A stretch of 64,000 nucleotides of DNA from Clostridia bacterium (GTDB taxonomy: Bacteria > Bacillota > Clostridia > Christensenellales > UBA1242): NCBI GenBank assembly GCA_017399265.1, contig JAFQDL010000009.1:42052-106051 (forward strand), in the 5' to 3' direction. The notes beneath the pieces were generated by a model that made no database searches, was not told the DNA's origin, and saw nothing but the letters and a program-made list of their open reading frames with translations. Made by a program: the position numbers and the translations under genes. Of the stretch, positions 10,447 through 20,991 are shown in pieces (the first letter of the stretch is position 1; every line of letters starts with the position of its first letter).

Positions 10447-10521
10447 GGCCTCATGGTGAAATGGATATCACACGAGTCTTCGGAACTCGTTTTTCGGGTT
10501 CGAATCCTGATGGGGCCACCA
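10447..10521 (+). tRNA. tRNA-Arg (anticodon UCG), CCA encoded
   Basis: Hand-folded cloverleaf: acceptor GGCCTCA/TGGGGCC, anticodon stem CGAGT/ACTCG with loop CTTCGGA, T arm TCGGG-TTCGAAT-CCTGA. 75 nt. Confidence 0.75.
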
Positions 10522-10530
10522 CCTTTTTAG

Positions 10531-10563
10531 ACTGGAATTTCAGTATGAATTCCAGTTTTTTTT
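10531..10563 (+). terminator. Rho-independent terminator after tRNA-Arg
   Basis: ACTGGAATT-tcagtatg-AATTCCAGT followed by T7. Confidence 0.85.
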
Positions 10564-10647
10564 GTTTTAACACCCTTATTGTCTGGCAGAATAAAACAAA
10601 AGAAGTGATGCCTGTTATAAGGTCCACTTCTTTTTCCATAAACTTTT

Positions 10648-11175
10648 TTATTGCATATACTTCTTTACCGCTTCTTCTCTTAGAATTTTATACTCCTCCT
10701 CGGATATTTTACCTTGTTCTTTTAATTCATTTATCTCATTTAGTTTTTGATTTAACCATTCAACACTATCTTTTACCTCATAACTAGATTCATCTAAAAT
10801 AATTGAATCTGGCTCTTGCGTATTCTTATATTCATTAACAACAAATCCCCTTTCCAAAAATCTAGCCTTAGTTATTGTGTTTTGTATCCAAAGAGTAAAA
10901 AACCAAACAATTATATTATTAAATATATTCAACAAAGAAATAACAAAAAAAGTCCTATGCCTAACTACAATTTTCGTCTTGTCTTTTTTAGAGTAATACA
11001 AGTAAATTGCCCCAGTAACAAGCGAAAGAACCAATCCTATAATATCAGTTATTAAGTAAAAAACTTCAAATTTATTAATTAGAAAATCTGTTACAATCAA
11101 ATATATATTAAATATGCTCAGTCCTAATATGCAAAATCCAGCAGTTTTTAAATTCTTATTAATTTTGTTCATCAT
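10648..11175 (-). CDS. Membrane protein with C-terminal SHOCT domain
   Basis: About 3 TM helices, then LKEQGKISEEEYKILREEAVKKY (SHOCT-like). Confidence 0.65.
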   Translation of the reverse strand: MMNKINKNLKTAGFCILGLSIFNIYLIVTDFLINKFEVFYLITDIIGLVLSLVTGAIYLYYSKKDKTKIVVRHRTFFVISLLNIFNNIIVWFFTLWIQNTITKARFLERGFVVNEYKNTQEPDSIILDESSYEVKDSVEWLNQKLNEINELKEQGKISEEEYKILREEAVKKYMQ

Positions 11176-11580
11176 TAAACCTCATTTATATAACACTCTT
11201 TGCACAACAAAGAGTCTATAACAATATTATTACAACATTTTATTTCTTTGTCAATCAGCATTGTGTTATTTTTTAAATAAAAAGGTTTTAAGATATATAT
11301 TTGACAAATTTATTTATAAATGTTATTAATAAAATAATCTATAAGCAATTATCATCAATACTAATACATCTATCAATAATAAATTTCAGGTAAAACTAAT
11401 TATAAAATATTTAAAATATAGCTCTATGCAAAAATATAAAAAAGTATTATAATAATTATTAAATTTTATATATTGTAAAATTATAACTTTTCCACATTTA
11501 AAGGTTTTTTGTGGAAAACTTAGTTATAAATTTAACAAAAAAACACAAACTACAACTGAATAATTCTAGAGGAGATAATT

Positions 11581-11778
11581 TTGAGAATCGAATATAATAA
11601 AGACACAGAACTTGTTAAAATGCTACAAGAGGGATTAAAACAAACCGGCGGATACTGTCCTTGCAGGAGGGCTCGCACAGAAGATTACAAGTGTATGTGT
11701 AAAGAATTTAGAGAGCAAATAAAAGATCCAAACTTTGAAGGATATTGCTATTGTTATCTATATTATAAACATAAATAA
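11581..11778 (+). CDS. Ferredoxin-thioredoxin reductase catalytic-subunit-like small Cys-rich protein
   Basis: 65 aa. TTG start behind a GGAG RBS. CPC...C.C...CYC cysteine pattern. Lies 13 nt upstream of trxA. Confidence 0.55.
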   Translation: MRIEYNKDTELVKMLQEGLKQTGGYCPCRRARTEDYKCMCKEFREQIKDPNFEGYCYCYLYYKHK

Positions 11779-11790
11779 GGAGAAAAAACG

Positions 11791-12111
11791 ATGAGTGAAA
11801 TAATAATAAACAAAGATAATTTTGAAAAAGAAGTTTTAAAATCAGAGATACCCGTACTTGTAGACTTTTGGGCAACTTGGTGCGGCCCTTGCAGAATGAT
11901 ATCGCCTATAGTATCTAAACTGGCAGAAGAATATAAGGGAAAAGTAAAAGTTTGCAAAATAAATGTAGATGATGAGTCTGAGCTTGCGGATAATTATGGA
12001 ATTGTAAGTATTCCAACTCTTATATTATTCAAAAATGGCGCAGTTTCATCACAAACAATGGGATATATGGACGAAGAAAAACTAAAAAACTTTATTGAAG
12101 AAAATAAGTAA
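11791..12111 (+). CDS. trxA: Thioredoxin
   Basis: 106 aa with WCGPC active site. Terminator AGCGGAA...TTCCGCT-T5 at about 12120-12146. Confidence 0.95.
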   Translation: MSEIIINKDNFEKEVLKSEIPVLVDFWATWCGPCRMISPIVSKLAEEYKGKVKVCKINVDDESELADNYGIVSIPTLILFKNGAVSSQTMGYMDEEKLKNFIEENK

Positions 12112-12217
12112 AATTATTAAGCGGAAAAAACAATTCCGCTTTTTATTTTTATTCAAAGTATTAATTTATTAAAAATGGATAATAATTAAAAACTAACAAA
12201 TTAAGAGAGGTTAAGAA

Positions 12218-13453
12218 ATGAATCCATTTGAAGTACAAACAAAAGAATTAGAAAGTTATTTTATGAACTGGGATCAAATGTATCCCAAAGCATACAACAA
12301 AAATAAAGTATCCCCTTACACTAAAGTACGTGTAATATTGCTTAATGGTACTGAGTTTGAGTCTAACTGGTTCCTACATCAATTTGCTAGAAACTGCAAC
12401 GACCAAGACCTGAGAAGAGAAATTGCAATAGTTAGAAACCAAGAACAGCAACAACAAAAGAGAATTAGCTGCCTAAAACCAATAAATGAAAATATGTTAG
12501 AATCAACTATAGCATATGAACAATTAGCAATAGACTTAACTGCAATATTAGCTAAAAATGAAACATGTCCTATCACAAAAGCGGCACTTGATTTTGCTCT
12601 ACTTGAAGATTTTGACCATCTATACAGATTTGCAAATCTTCTAAAAATGGACTTCGGAATAGATGCAGATGTAATGGTGGGCAAATACACAGAAATAATG
12701 CCTGGCAGACCAACAATTAATGAACATAGACACCCTGTTGACAATGTAAGACCACATATTGTCACAAAGAAAGCAGAACCTTTCACTAAACTTGTTACGG
12801 GAATAATTACAGCTGCCGAGCAGCAAACTATGAATTTCTATATGAACATGGCACAAATGTATAAAAACAATCTGGGCAGAAAATTATTCTCAGAAATTGC
12901 AATGGTTGAAGAAGAGCACGTGACTCAATACGAAAGTCTTAAAGATCCGAATTGCACATGGCTAGAACAATGGGTAATGCATGAATACACCGAATGCTAT
13001 TTATATTATTCTGCAATGAACGACGAAAGCGATGAATATATAAAAAACATATGGAAAGAACATTTTGAAATGGAGGTAGCTCATCTAAAAAGAGCTGCAG
13101 AACTATTAAAGAAATATGAGAAAAAATCTTATACTTCTCTAATGCCAAATCCAGAATTCCCTCAACTATTAAAATTTGGTGAAAACAAAGAGTATATTAG
13201 AAATGTTTTAAAAACTGTTGGAATAACATCTGTAAAAGAAGAATATATGCCTGCAAGCGACCTGCCAAAAGACTCCAGATATTTCCAACATCTAGACTTA
13301 ACAAACGGTGAACCAGAATGCGTCGCAAGCCATATGGTTATTGAAAGTTATATTGACAAATTTGGAAAAGATTATAGATATGAGGATTCTAAACACCCTA
13401 TCAAAGAATTACAAGATAGAAAATCCGACAACGTTACAGCAGGTAGAAAATAA
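12218..13453 (+). CDS. Ferritin-like/rubrerythrin-like di-iron domain protein (tentative)
   Basis: 411 aa. EEEH-type (ExxH) and AAEQQ helices suggest a ferritin-like fold. Otherwise unrecognised. Confidence 0.4.
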   Translation: MNPFEVQTKELESYFMNWDQMYPKAYNKNKVSPYTKVRVILLNGTEFESNWFLHQFARNCNDQDLRREIAIVRNQEQQQQKRISCLKPINENMLESTIAYEQLAIDLTAILAKNETCPITKAALDFALLEDFDHLYRFANLLKMDFGIDADVMVGKYTEIMPGRPTINEHRHPVDNVRPHIVTKKAEPFTKLVTGIITAAEQQTMNFYMNMAQMYKNNLGRKLFSEIAMVEEEHVTQYESLKDPNCTWLEQWVMHEYTECYLYYSAMNDESDEYIKNIWKEHFEMEVAHLKRAAELLKKYEKKSYTSLMPNPEFPQLLKFGENKEYIRNVLKTVGITSVKEEYMPASDLPKDSRYFQHLDLTNGEPECVASHMVIESYIDKFGKDYRYEDSKHPIKELQDRKSDNVTAGRK

Positions 13454-13505
13454 ATTTATAAAAAAACATATTAGAACTTACCCTTCTAATATGTTTTTTC
13501 TTATT

Positions 13506-16500
13506 TTAAGCCTTGTAAATGTTTATTTTCAATGTCTTATCGTTATACTCAAAAATTTCTTCTGTATTGACATCGCAAACTCTTATATCTGTAGTCAATA
13601 TATCTTGCATGATTGCTTCTTTTTGAGAAATTATTATATCTTCCAATTCTTTATCTCCAGATATTTCTATAATGATTCTATCTGTTACATCTAGAGTTGT
13701 ATTTTTTCTCATAGTTTGTACTTTTGATACAAACTCTCTAGCAATACCCTCTGTTAACAATTCTTCTGTAATATGAGTATCTAGAACAACTGCCAACGAA
13801 TCTTCTGACGCAGAAGAGAAGCCTTCTTTTTCAGTAACAGCAGATAGAATATCGCTTTCAGTAAATTCTACTTCTGTATCATTTATTTTAGCGACATACA
13901 CACCACCCGCTTTTGTCACACTCATTACTTCTTTTGCGTCACAATTTTGTAAATACTCTCTTATTTGATTTATCATCTTGCCATATTTTGGTCCCAACGT
14001 TCTAAGTTGTGGTTTTAGTGAATAATTTACAAATTGATCTAAGCTTTCATTTTCAACAACTTCTTTTACGTTTAGCTCGTCTTTGATTTGATCAATCAAT
14101 TCTTTTGTAAGCATTACTTTACCATTACCATCAGTTATATAAAGCTTTGATAAAGGTTGTCTAATTTTTATATTTGATAAATTTCTAGCACTTCTTCCTA
14201 GTTCTGTAAATTTATAAGTTAACTCCATATCTTTAATTAGTTTTTCGTCTATATACTCTTCGTTTACAACTGGATAGTCAGTTAAATGCACACTTACTGG
14301 AGCATCTTTAAAGAATGGTCTTGTGATATTTTGATAAATTTCTTCTGTTACAAAAGGAACAAATGGAGCACACAATCTAGTAATTCCGTCTAACACTGTG
14401 TATAGTGTTACAAAAGCAGCCTTCTTGTCTTCTGTAAAGCCACCACCCCAGTATCTCTTTCTACATCTTCTTATATACCAGTTAGACAAATTGTCTACGA
14501 ATGATTGAATTAATCTAGAACTTTCTGTACAATGGAATTCGTTTACCTCTTTAGTTACATTCTTTACTAGTGCGTTGTACTCACTAAGCAACCACTTGTC
14601 CATAACACTTAGTTGACAATCATTAAGTGAATATTTGCTTGCATCAAAGTTATCAATATCTGCATAAAGCACATAGAAAGCATAGGTGTTCCATAAAGTA
14701 CCAAAGAAATTCTTTATAGTTTCTCCCGCACTCTTAACACTCATAGGTTGATTATTCCATGGTTGAGTAGTTGTATAGAAACTCCATCTTACTGCATCAG
14801 CCCCCACCTCGTCAATAATCTCTAGTGGTGGACGATAGTTTCCTAAACTCTTAGAAAGTTTAGCGCCATTATCATCTACAACCATGCCATTTGCTATACA
14901 ATTTTCAAACGGAGCAGCACCAAACAATGCAGTACCAAGAACCAATTGTGTATAGAACCAGCCTCTACATTGATCCACACCTTCACTAATAAATTTAGCA
15001 GGGAATCTTTTCTTGAATTCTTCTACGTTCTCAAATGGATAATGGAATTGTGCAAAAGGCATACTTCCACTATCATACCAGCAGTCTATTACATCTGCCT
15101 CTCTAGTCATTTCGCCACCACATTTGTCACAAACAATCTTTACATTGTCAACATAAGGCTTGTGCAATTCAATATCTTTATCTAATCCTCCAAGTTTTCT
15201 TAACTCTTCTTTTGATCCGATTACATGATAATGACCGCATTCGCATTTCCATACAGGAAGAGGTGTACCCCAATATCTATCTCTTGATAGACACCAGTCA
15301 ATTACATTTTCTAACCAGTTGCCCATACGACCATTTTTTATGGTGTCTGGCAACCAATTTACTTTTTTGTTGTTCTCTATCAATTGATCTTTTATGGCAG
15401 TAGTCTTTACAAACCAACCATCTCTTGCAAAATAAATAAGTGGTGACTTACATCTCCAGCAGTGTGGATATTCGTGTTTATGTTTTTCCATCTTAAACAC
15501 TTTACCCTCCGCCTTCAAATCAAAAGCTATTTCTTCGTTTACTTCAAAAACATTTCTTCCAGAATATTTTCCACAATTTTGCTTAAAGTTTCCATCACTA
15601 CCAGCAAATTGAATAAATGGTAAATTATATTCCATTCCAACCAAAGAGTCGTCTGCACCATATGCCGGAGCGATGTGTACTATGCCTGTACCATCTGTTA
15701 ATGTTACATAATCAGCACAAGTTACAAAATATCCATTTTGCTTCACTTTATCGTCTGCAAAATCAAACAAAGGAATATATTTCTGTCTTTCCAAGTCTTT
15801 TCCTTTATAAGATTCTACAATTTCATAGTTTTCTTTAAAATGTTTCTCTACCAAAGCTTTGGCTAAAATATAATTGTTGCCTTCAAAAGACACCTTTACA
15901 TATTCCTCATTTGGATTAACTGCCAAAGCAATATTAGATGGAAGAGTCCATGGAGTAGTTGTCCAGGCAAGAAAATACGTATTTTCTTCATCTGCTTTTT
16001 TAAATTTAGCGACCACTGTTAAATCGTTTCTTTCTTTATAGCCTTGTGCAACCTCATGGCTAGATAGCGCAGTTCCACAACTTGGGCATGATGGCAACAC
16101 TTTGTAGCCTTTGTATAACAATCCTTTTTTGTCCAATTCCTTTAATGACCACCACACACTCTCTATATAATCATCATGATAAGTTACATAGCAGTCATCG
16201 TCCATATTTACAAAATAACCAACACGTTCTGAAAAATCCTTCCAAAGATCAACATACTTCCAAACATCTTTCTTGCATGCTTCTACAAATTTTTCTACAC
16301 CATATTTTTCTATTTCTTGTTTTCCAGAAATTCCGATTTCTTTTTCAACAGAAATCTCAACTGGTAGCCCATGAGTGTCCCAGCCGCCTTTTCTAGGAAC
16401 ATAGTAACCCTGCATTAGCTTAGTTCTGTTAAAAACATCTTTCAATGCTCTAGTAAGAACGTGTCCCGCATGCGGCATGCCATTTGCTGTTGGAGGGCCT

Positions 16501-16631
16501 TCATAGAAGGAAAATAATTCTTTGCCTTCGTTATGACATAAACATTTATTCTTTACATCATTTTCGTGCCAAAACTTCAAAACATCTTTTTCTGTTCTTG
16601 GCAAATTCAACTCTTGTACTTTTTTATACAT
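13506..16631 (-). CDS. ileS: Isoleucyl-tRNA synthetase (type 2, long form)
   Basis: 1041 aa. HIGH-type motif PTANGMPHAGH, KMSKS-type KLSKSLGN, Zn-finger cysteines. A T-box leader lies upstream. Confidence 0.95.
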   Translation of the reverse strand: MYKKVQELNLPRTEKDVLKFWHENDVKNKCLCHNEGKELFSFYEGPPTANGMPHAGHVLTRALKDVFNRTKLMQGYYVPRKGGWDTHGLPVEISVEKEIGISGKQEIEKYGVEKFVEACKKDVWKYVDLWKDFSERVGYFVNMDDDCYVTYHDDYIESVWWSLKELDKKGLLYKGYKVLPSCPSCGTALSSHEVAQGYKERNDLTVVAKFKKADEENTYFLAWTTTPWTLPSNIALAVNPNEEYVKVSFEGNNYILAKALVEKHFKENYEIVESYKGKDLERQKYIPLFDFADDKVKQNGYFVTCADYVTLTDGTGIVHIAPAYGADDSLVGMEYNLPFIQFAGSDGNFKQNCGKYSGRNVFEVNEEIAFDLKAEGKVFKMEKHKHEYPHCWRCKSPLIYFARDGWFVKTTAIKDQLIENNKKVNWLPDTIKNGRMGNWLENVIDWCLSRDRYWGTPLPVWKCECGHYHVIGSKEELRKLGGLDKDIELHKPYVDNVKIVCDKCGGEMTREADVIDCWYDSGSMPFAQFHYPFENVEEFKKRFPAKFISEGVDQCRGWFYTQLVLGTALFGAAPFENCIANGMVVDDNGAKLSKSLGNYRPPLEIIDEVGADAVRWSFYTTTQPWNNQPMSVKSAGETIKNFFGTLWNTYAFYVLYADIDNFDASKYSLNDCQLSVMDKWLLSEYNALVKNVTKEVNEFHCTESSRLIQSFVDNLSNWYIRRCRKRYWGGGFTEDKKAAFVTLYTVLDGITRLCAPFVPFVTEEIYQNITRPFFKDAPVSVHLTDYPVVNEEYIDEKLIKDMELTYKFTELGRSARNLSNIKIRQPLSKLYITDGNGKVMLTKELIDQIKDELNVKEVVENESLDQFVNYSLKPQLRTLGPKYGKMINQIREYLQNCDAKEVMSVTKAGGVYVAKINDTEVEFTESDILSAVTEKEGFSSASEDSLAVVLDTHITEELLTEGIAREFVSKVQTMRKNTTLDVTDRIIIEISGDKELEDIIISQKEAIMQDILTTDIRVCDVNTEEIFEYNDKTLKINIYKA

Positions 16632-16639
16632 CTTTTTTC

Positions 16640-16890
16640 TCCTTTAAATATAAAAAATCCTTAGCAAAAACAAGATTTCGCTAAGGAAACTATACCACTT
16701 GTTATTGCCTTTGAGCTATCACTCATCACTTCTATAACGGGAAGTCCCGGCACTACTTACTAAAACTTTTTTTCAGCAGGCAACTCTGGAAGTGATAACG
16801 TACGCAAATTTCAGAGTGTGTTTTGCACCAACCAACATTTCTCTAAGACTTGAAAATTTGCTCGCCTTGTCTTCCATCAAACGTTTTTAC
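16640..16890 (-). promoter_or_regulatory. T-box riboswitch leader of ileS (probable AUC Ile specifier), with terminator/antiterminator
   Basis: On the minus strand: promoter TTGACA-17-TAATAT (16897-16925); GA/K-turn UGAUGGAAGA; AGAGA box; GGUGCAA distal loop; F-box CCGUUA; T-box-like AACAAGUGGUAUAG; terminator CCTTAGC...GCTAAGG-T6 just before the RBS. Confidence 0.85.
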
Positions 16891-17012
16891 GTATATATAT
16901 TAGTATAACCACTTCTTTTTGTCAAGGTTTTTGTATAAGAAATTAGGTAAACAACCAAGTTAATGCAACAAAATAAGAATTGAAATTTTACCTTTCAATC
17001 CTTTTTTTATTC

Positions 17013-18002
17013 CTATTTCACACCGATAGCTTTTCTTACCTTTTGGATAACTTCTCTAGCATATACTCTTGCCTTTTTTGCACCATCTTCAAGAATTTTA
17101 TCTACTTCATCTCTATGGCTCATATAATAGTCGTACTTTGCACGCATTGGTGAAATATATCTGTTTGCAACCTCAAACAATTCCTTCTTTGCGTCTCCCC
17201 AGCCAATACCAGCAGTTAGTTTTGCATCAAAAGCTTCTTGCTCTTCCGCTGTCGCAAATAACTTGTATAATTTATTAACAGTGCAATCCAATGGTTTTGG
17301 ATCAGTTGGTAGAGACGAGTCTGTCACTATTCTATTAATCGTTTTCTTTAATTGATTTTCTGGCAAGAATAGCCCAATAGTATTGTTGTAACTTTTACTC
17401 ATCTTTCTTCCATCTAATCCCTCAAGAACTGCAAATTGTTTATCAATATATTCATCAGGAGTCTTTAAAACATTGCCATATCTATTATTAAAATATGTTG
17501 CAATATCTCTAGCAATCTCAATATGTTGTTTTTGATCAAGCCCTACAGGAACATAATCTGCATCTACCATGAATATATCTGCAGCCATAAGCACAGGATA
17601 ACTATACAACCCCATGTTTACACCATCATCTATATTGATGCCTTGCTCAGCATTTTTCTCCACAATAGCCTTATATGCATGAGCTCTATTCATAAGTCCC
17701 TTTGGTGTAACATTATTAATGATTGTAAATAACTCAAACACTTCTGGAATGTCAGACTGCCTATACATAACAACCTTATCCGGATTTAATCCACAGGCAA
17801 GCCATGTGCAAGCGATCTCATATGTATGTTCTCTTAATTCTTCTCCGCTCTTTATGGTTGTAAGAGCATGATAGTCCGCCATAAAATAAAAACTTTCTAC
17901 CCCTTCTTGCTCACTAAACTCGATAGCTGGTTTTATTGCACCGAAATAATTACCTATATGTGCATTGCCTGTTGGCTTAATACCTGTTACGTATCTTTTC
18001 AT
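17013..18002 (-). CDS. trpS: Tryptophanyl-tRNA synthetase
   Basis: 329 aa. KPTGNAHIGNY (HIGH-like) and KMSKS motifs. Confidence 0.95.
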   Translation of the reverse strand: MKRYVTGIKPTGNAHIGNYFGAIKPAIEFSEQEGVESFYFMADYHALTTIKSGEELREHTYEIACTWLACGLNPDKVVMYRQSDIPEVFELFTIINNVTPKGLMNRAHAYKAIVEKNAEQGINIDDGVNMGLYSYPVLMAADIFMVDADYVPVGLDQKQHIEIARDIATYFNNRYGNVLKTPDEYIDKQFAVLEGLDGRKMSKSYNNTIGLFLPENQLKKTINRIVTDSSLPTDPKPLDCTVNKLYKLFATAEEQEAFDAKLTAGIGWGDAKKELFEVANRYISPMRAKYDYYMSHRDEVDKILEDGAKKARVYAREVIQKVRKAIGVK

Positions 18003-18127
18003 TTTCTTTACCCCTTTATGTATTATAAATTAACATATAGCACCACTTTTGTCAAGCATATAACTGTCAAGTATGTTGTTAAAAAAATAAAGCCAACGAA
18101 CAAATTCATTGTCTCTATTTTATCAAT

Positions 18128-18991
18128 TTACATATCAAAATCATCAGTTGGTACATCGTTGTTTGTTGATACATCGTCATTGCTATGAGCCTTTGTCTCT
18201 CTAAACGCACTCTTTATTAAAGCCAGCTCTTCTGCACTCATTCCGCTTTCTTCCATAGATTTCAACCAAGCTTCCGCTTCTGATAATTGCTTTTCTCTTA
18301 TACTTGTACCTGTTTTTTCAATTTCGGCAATTTTTGTTTTATCTACAATCACACTAGGTACATAACTACTTGAATATTTTCCACTCCAATCATAAGGTTC
18401 ATTAGAAATTTCAAAAATATTTCCATTATTCATAACTTTATGAATTTCATCATATACAACTACACTCTCAGGATTAAGAACTTCTCTTGTCGCCCTCTCA
18501 CCAAGCGCAACTTCTGAAATTAACGATTTACCCTCTTTAGTTTCATATTCTCCTGTCTTCACTTGAGCCTTACCAATACGAACAAATTCATCAAATTTGT
18601 CTTCTGGAATCTTAGAGATTAATAAAGAGACCTTACTGCCAGCAACAAAATCATTTACATCAATTGGATTTTGCCAATCACTAACAACACCTTGCTCGCT
18701 AGCTGGCTGCTGAAGTAATTTAAACAAACTCTCTCTAATTTCCCCTAAGCCTGAACCATAATAGAAATAACAAGCACTGTCTTCTACTTCTTTAATAAAA
18801 CCATCTCTCAAGACTTTCTCAGTTGCAGTTAGTTTGTCCATAGTATCATTCTCAGACGAAAGAAAAGTCTCATGATTTTCTCCTGTGATGTTTTCACCTT
18901 TCATTTCGTCCCCAGAAATAAATCTTTCTATCATTCTCGCACTTCTCTCACCGCATGCCCTTACCAGATATATCATTTTTTCTTCTGTCAT
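18128..18991 (-). CDS. Hypothetical acidic protein
   Basis: 287-aa ORF with no recognised motif and an acidic C-terminal tail. Confidence 0.5.
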   Translation of the reverse strand: MTEEKMIYLVRACGERSARMIERFISGDEMKGENITGENHETFLSSENDTMDKLTATEKVLRDGFIKEVEDSACYFYYGSGLGEIRESLFKLLQQPASEQGVVSDWQNPIDVNDFVAGSKVSLLISKIPEDKFDEFVRIGKAQVKTGEYETKEGKSLISEVALGERATREVLNPESVVVYDEIHKVMNNGNIFEISNEPYDWSGKYSSSYVPSVIVDKTKIAEIEKTGTSIREKQLSEAEAWLKSMEESGMSAEELALIKSAFRETKAHSNDDVSTNNDVPTDDFDM

Positions 18992-19176
18992 ACTCCACCT
19001 ACACTAGTTTTTTAGCCAAAGTTCTTATTATAAATTATACCACAAAAAAACTCTAATATCAATTTATAATTTCTAACACACTTAAAAATTAAATAAGAAA
19101 TCAATTTTTCTTATATTTTTTTCAAATTTCGTTGACAATTGTGTAAATTTTACGCATAATACAATTGGAGGTTAAA

Positions 19177-19854
19177 ATGAACGTAAACGATTCCAGATAT
19201 GATAACCAAGGTCTACATGTAGTTTTGGCACTATTTACAGTAGACAAAGGAAGATTTAAAGTCTTATTAATAAAGAGAAAGAATGAACCATTCAAAAACA
19301 AATGGATACTAGTTGGTGGTTGTGCATACAACACCGAAACTGGCGAAGAAGCAATGGCAAGGGAATTAAAAGAAAAAACCACTCTACAGAATATCAATTT
19401 CGAGATGTTCAATGTTTTTACCAATCCAAATCGCTCCCCATTAAAGAGAATGATAGCTATTGGTTACATAGGAGTGAGTGACGCAAGCATAATTCAGAAT
19501 TTTAAACAAACAGAAAAAGCATCTGATGCTGACTGGTTTGAAATTGATCGTATTCCAGAACTGGGTTATGACCATAAAGAAATATTAACTGAGGCTATTG
19601 TAACTCTAAAGAACAAAATTTTTACATCAAATATTATGAAACGATTGTATCCAGGAAATTTTACATTGCCCGAATTACAAACAACATACGAAACAATATT
19701 GGGAATGAAATTAGATCGTAGAAATTTTAGAAAAAAATTACTTAGCTCAAATATTATCGAAGAAACCAATCAAACTATAAAAAATGAAAAAATAAAAACC
19801 ACAAAACTATACAAATTTACAAACAGCGATATTACTTTTAATTTATATAAATAG
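19177..19854 (+). CDS. NrtR-like protein: Nudix hydrolase domain fused to C-terminal winged-helix DNA-binding domain
   Basis: Start moved to ATG 19177 (RBS GGAGG). Nudix box GGCAYNTETGEEAMARELKEKT. C-terminus FTLPELQTTYETILGMKLDRRNFRKKL is typical of NrtR. Promoter TTGACA-17-CATAAT at 19132-19160. Confidence 0.75.
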   Translation: MNVNDSRYDNQGLHVVLALFTVDKGRFKVLLIKRKNEPFKNKWILVGGCAYNTETGEEAMARELKEKTTLQNINFEMFNVFTNPNRSPLKRMIAIGYIGVSDASIIQNFKQTEKASDADWFEIDRIPELGYDHKEILTEAIVTLKNKIFTSNIMKRLYPGNFTLPELQTTYETILGMKLDRRNFRKKLLSSNIIEETNQTIKNEKIKTTKLYKFTNSDITFNLYK

Positions 19855-19922
19855 CGAAAATATTTCGCTTTTTATAATAAATACAAATGTGTAAAAAATA
19901 CACATATATTAAGGAGATATAT

Positions 19923-20477
19923 ATGAAGAAAGCAATTGTTATAAATATTATGGGTGGGCCGGGAGCAGGAAAAAGCACATTGGCGAGCATGTTATTCGCC
20001 AATTTAAAAATGAACGGAGTGTCTTGCGAGTATGTAACAGAATATGCCAAAGATGTCGTATGGGAAAAAAGACTTAATCTGCTTAACGATCAATTATACA
20101 TTCTTAGTAAGCAATATAGAAGAATTAAGAGAGTGAGCAGCGAAGTCGATGTTGTTATTACAGATAGTCCTTTATTGCTAAGCTTGTACTATAATTCCCA
20201 AATTAAAGACATTGAAGATAGAATAACAGAACCTGTATTAAGATCGTTAATATTAGAGCTCAACAACAAGTTCAATAATTATTACTATTTTATAGAAAGG
20301 GCACACAAATACGAAACTAAAGGAAGATATCAAACAGAGGAAGAAAGCAATATAATATCTGCTGAGATAAAAAATATGCTTATCGACCTAAATATAGATT
20401 TTAAATCACTCCCTAGCGGAAAAGAAACAGTAAATAAAATTTTAAAAGAACTAAAAGGAATTATAAATGACAAATAA
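19923..20477 (+). CDS. P-loop NTPase/kinase-like protein (AAA_28/NadR-kinase-like, tentative)
   Basis: Start moved to ATG 19923 (RBS AAGGAGA). Walker A GGPGAGKST and Walker-B-like VVITDSP. Confidence 0.6.
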   Translation: MKKAIVINIMGGPGAGKSTLASMLFANLKMNGVSCEYVTEYAKDVVWEKRLNLLNDQLYILSKQYRRIKRVSSEVDVVITDSPLLLSLYYNSQIKDIEDRITEPVLRSLILELNNKFNNYYYFIERAHKYETKGRYQTEEESNIISAEIKNMLIDLNIDFKSLPSGKETVNKILKELKGIINDK

Positions 20478-20991
20478 GATTTGTTTTGTTGCCCCTAGTG
20501 GATTTGGAAAAAGTACTGCCATCAAAATTTTAAAAGAAAGGTATAACGTAATTAATATCAAAATTGCAAAACCTCTATACGATTTACAAGAATACTTTTA
20601 TAAAATCATAGAAAAAGATATTACCGGAGAACAAGATGGAGAACTGCTACAATTTTTAGGGACTAAAATAAGAAAAGAAGCTCCTTACTACTTGCTTAAC
20701 AAGTTTCAAGAAGTTCTTCAACAACATACAGATAGCAACTGTCTCATCACAAATGATGATTGCAGGCCACCTGATTATGAGACTTTAAAAAATTTAGGAT
20801 TTGTGTTTGTCAAAATAAATGGGTTTCGGAGAGATCGCAATGACCACTCTATCATTGACGCAAATTCCCAACTAGAATGGCAAAACGAAATATATTATGA
20901 TTATTGTGTAGACAACACAGATTCGTTAGCGGAATACAAAAAAAACTTAATTGCATTGGTGGATATAATCTTTAAGAAGGAGAGTTTGTGA
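20467..20991 (+). CDS. P-loop kinase-like protein (dNMP-kinase-like, tentative)
   Basis: Walker A APSGFGKST. Overlaps the upstream gene by 11 nt, consistent with translational coupling. Confidence 0.55.
   Translation: MTNKICFVAPSGFGKSTAIKILKERYNVINIKIAKPLYDLQEYFYKIIEKDITGEQDGELLQFLGTKIRKEAPYYLLNKFQEVLQQHTDSNCLITNDDCRPPDYETLKNLGFVFVKINGFRRDRNDHSIIDANSQLEWQNEIYYDYCVDNTDSLAEYKKNLIALVDIIFKKESL

Noticed and set aside
10309-10530. 73-aa plus-strand ORF with repeated MVFLRYISP(S/L)DHPLGL motif
   Set aside because: It is a translation of the 48-bp repeats and continues across tRNA-Arg. It has a non-ATG start and no RBS.
18003-18127. T-box leader upstream of trpS, by analogy with ileS
   Set aside because: Only about 125 nt are available. 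They contain no GGUGNRA, F-box, T-box sequence or terminator hairpin, only promoter-like TTGACA elements.
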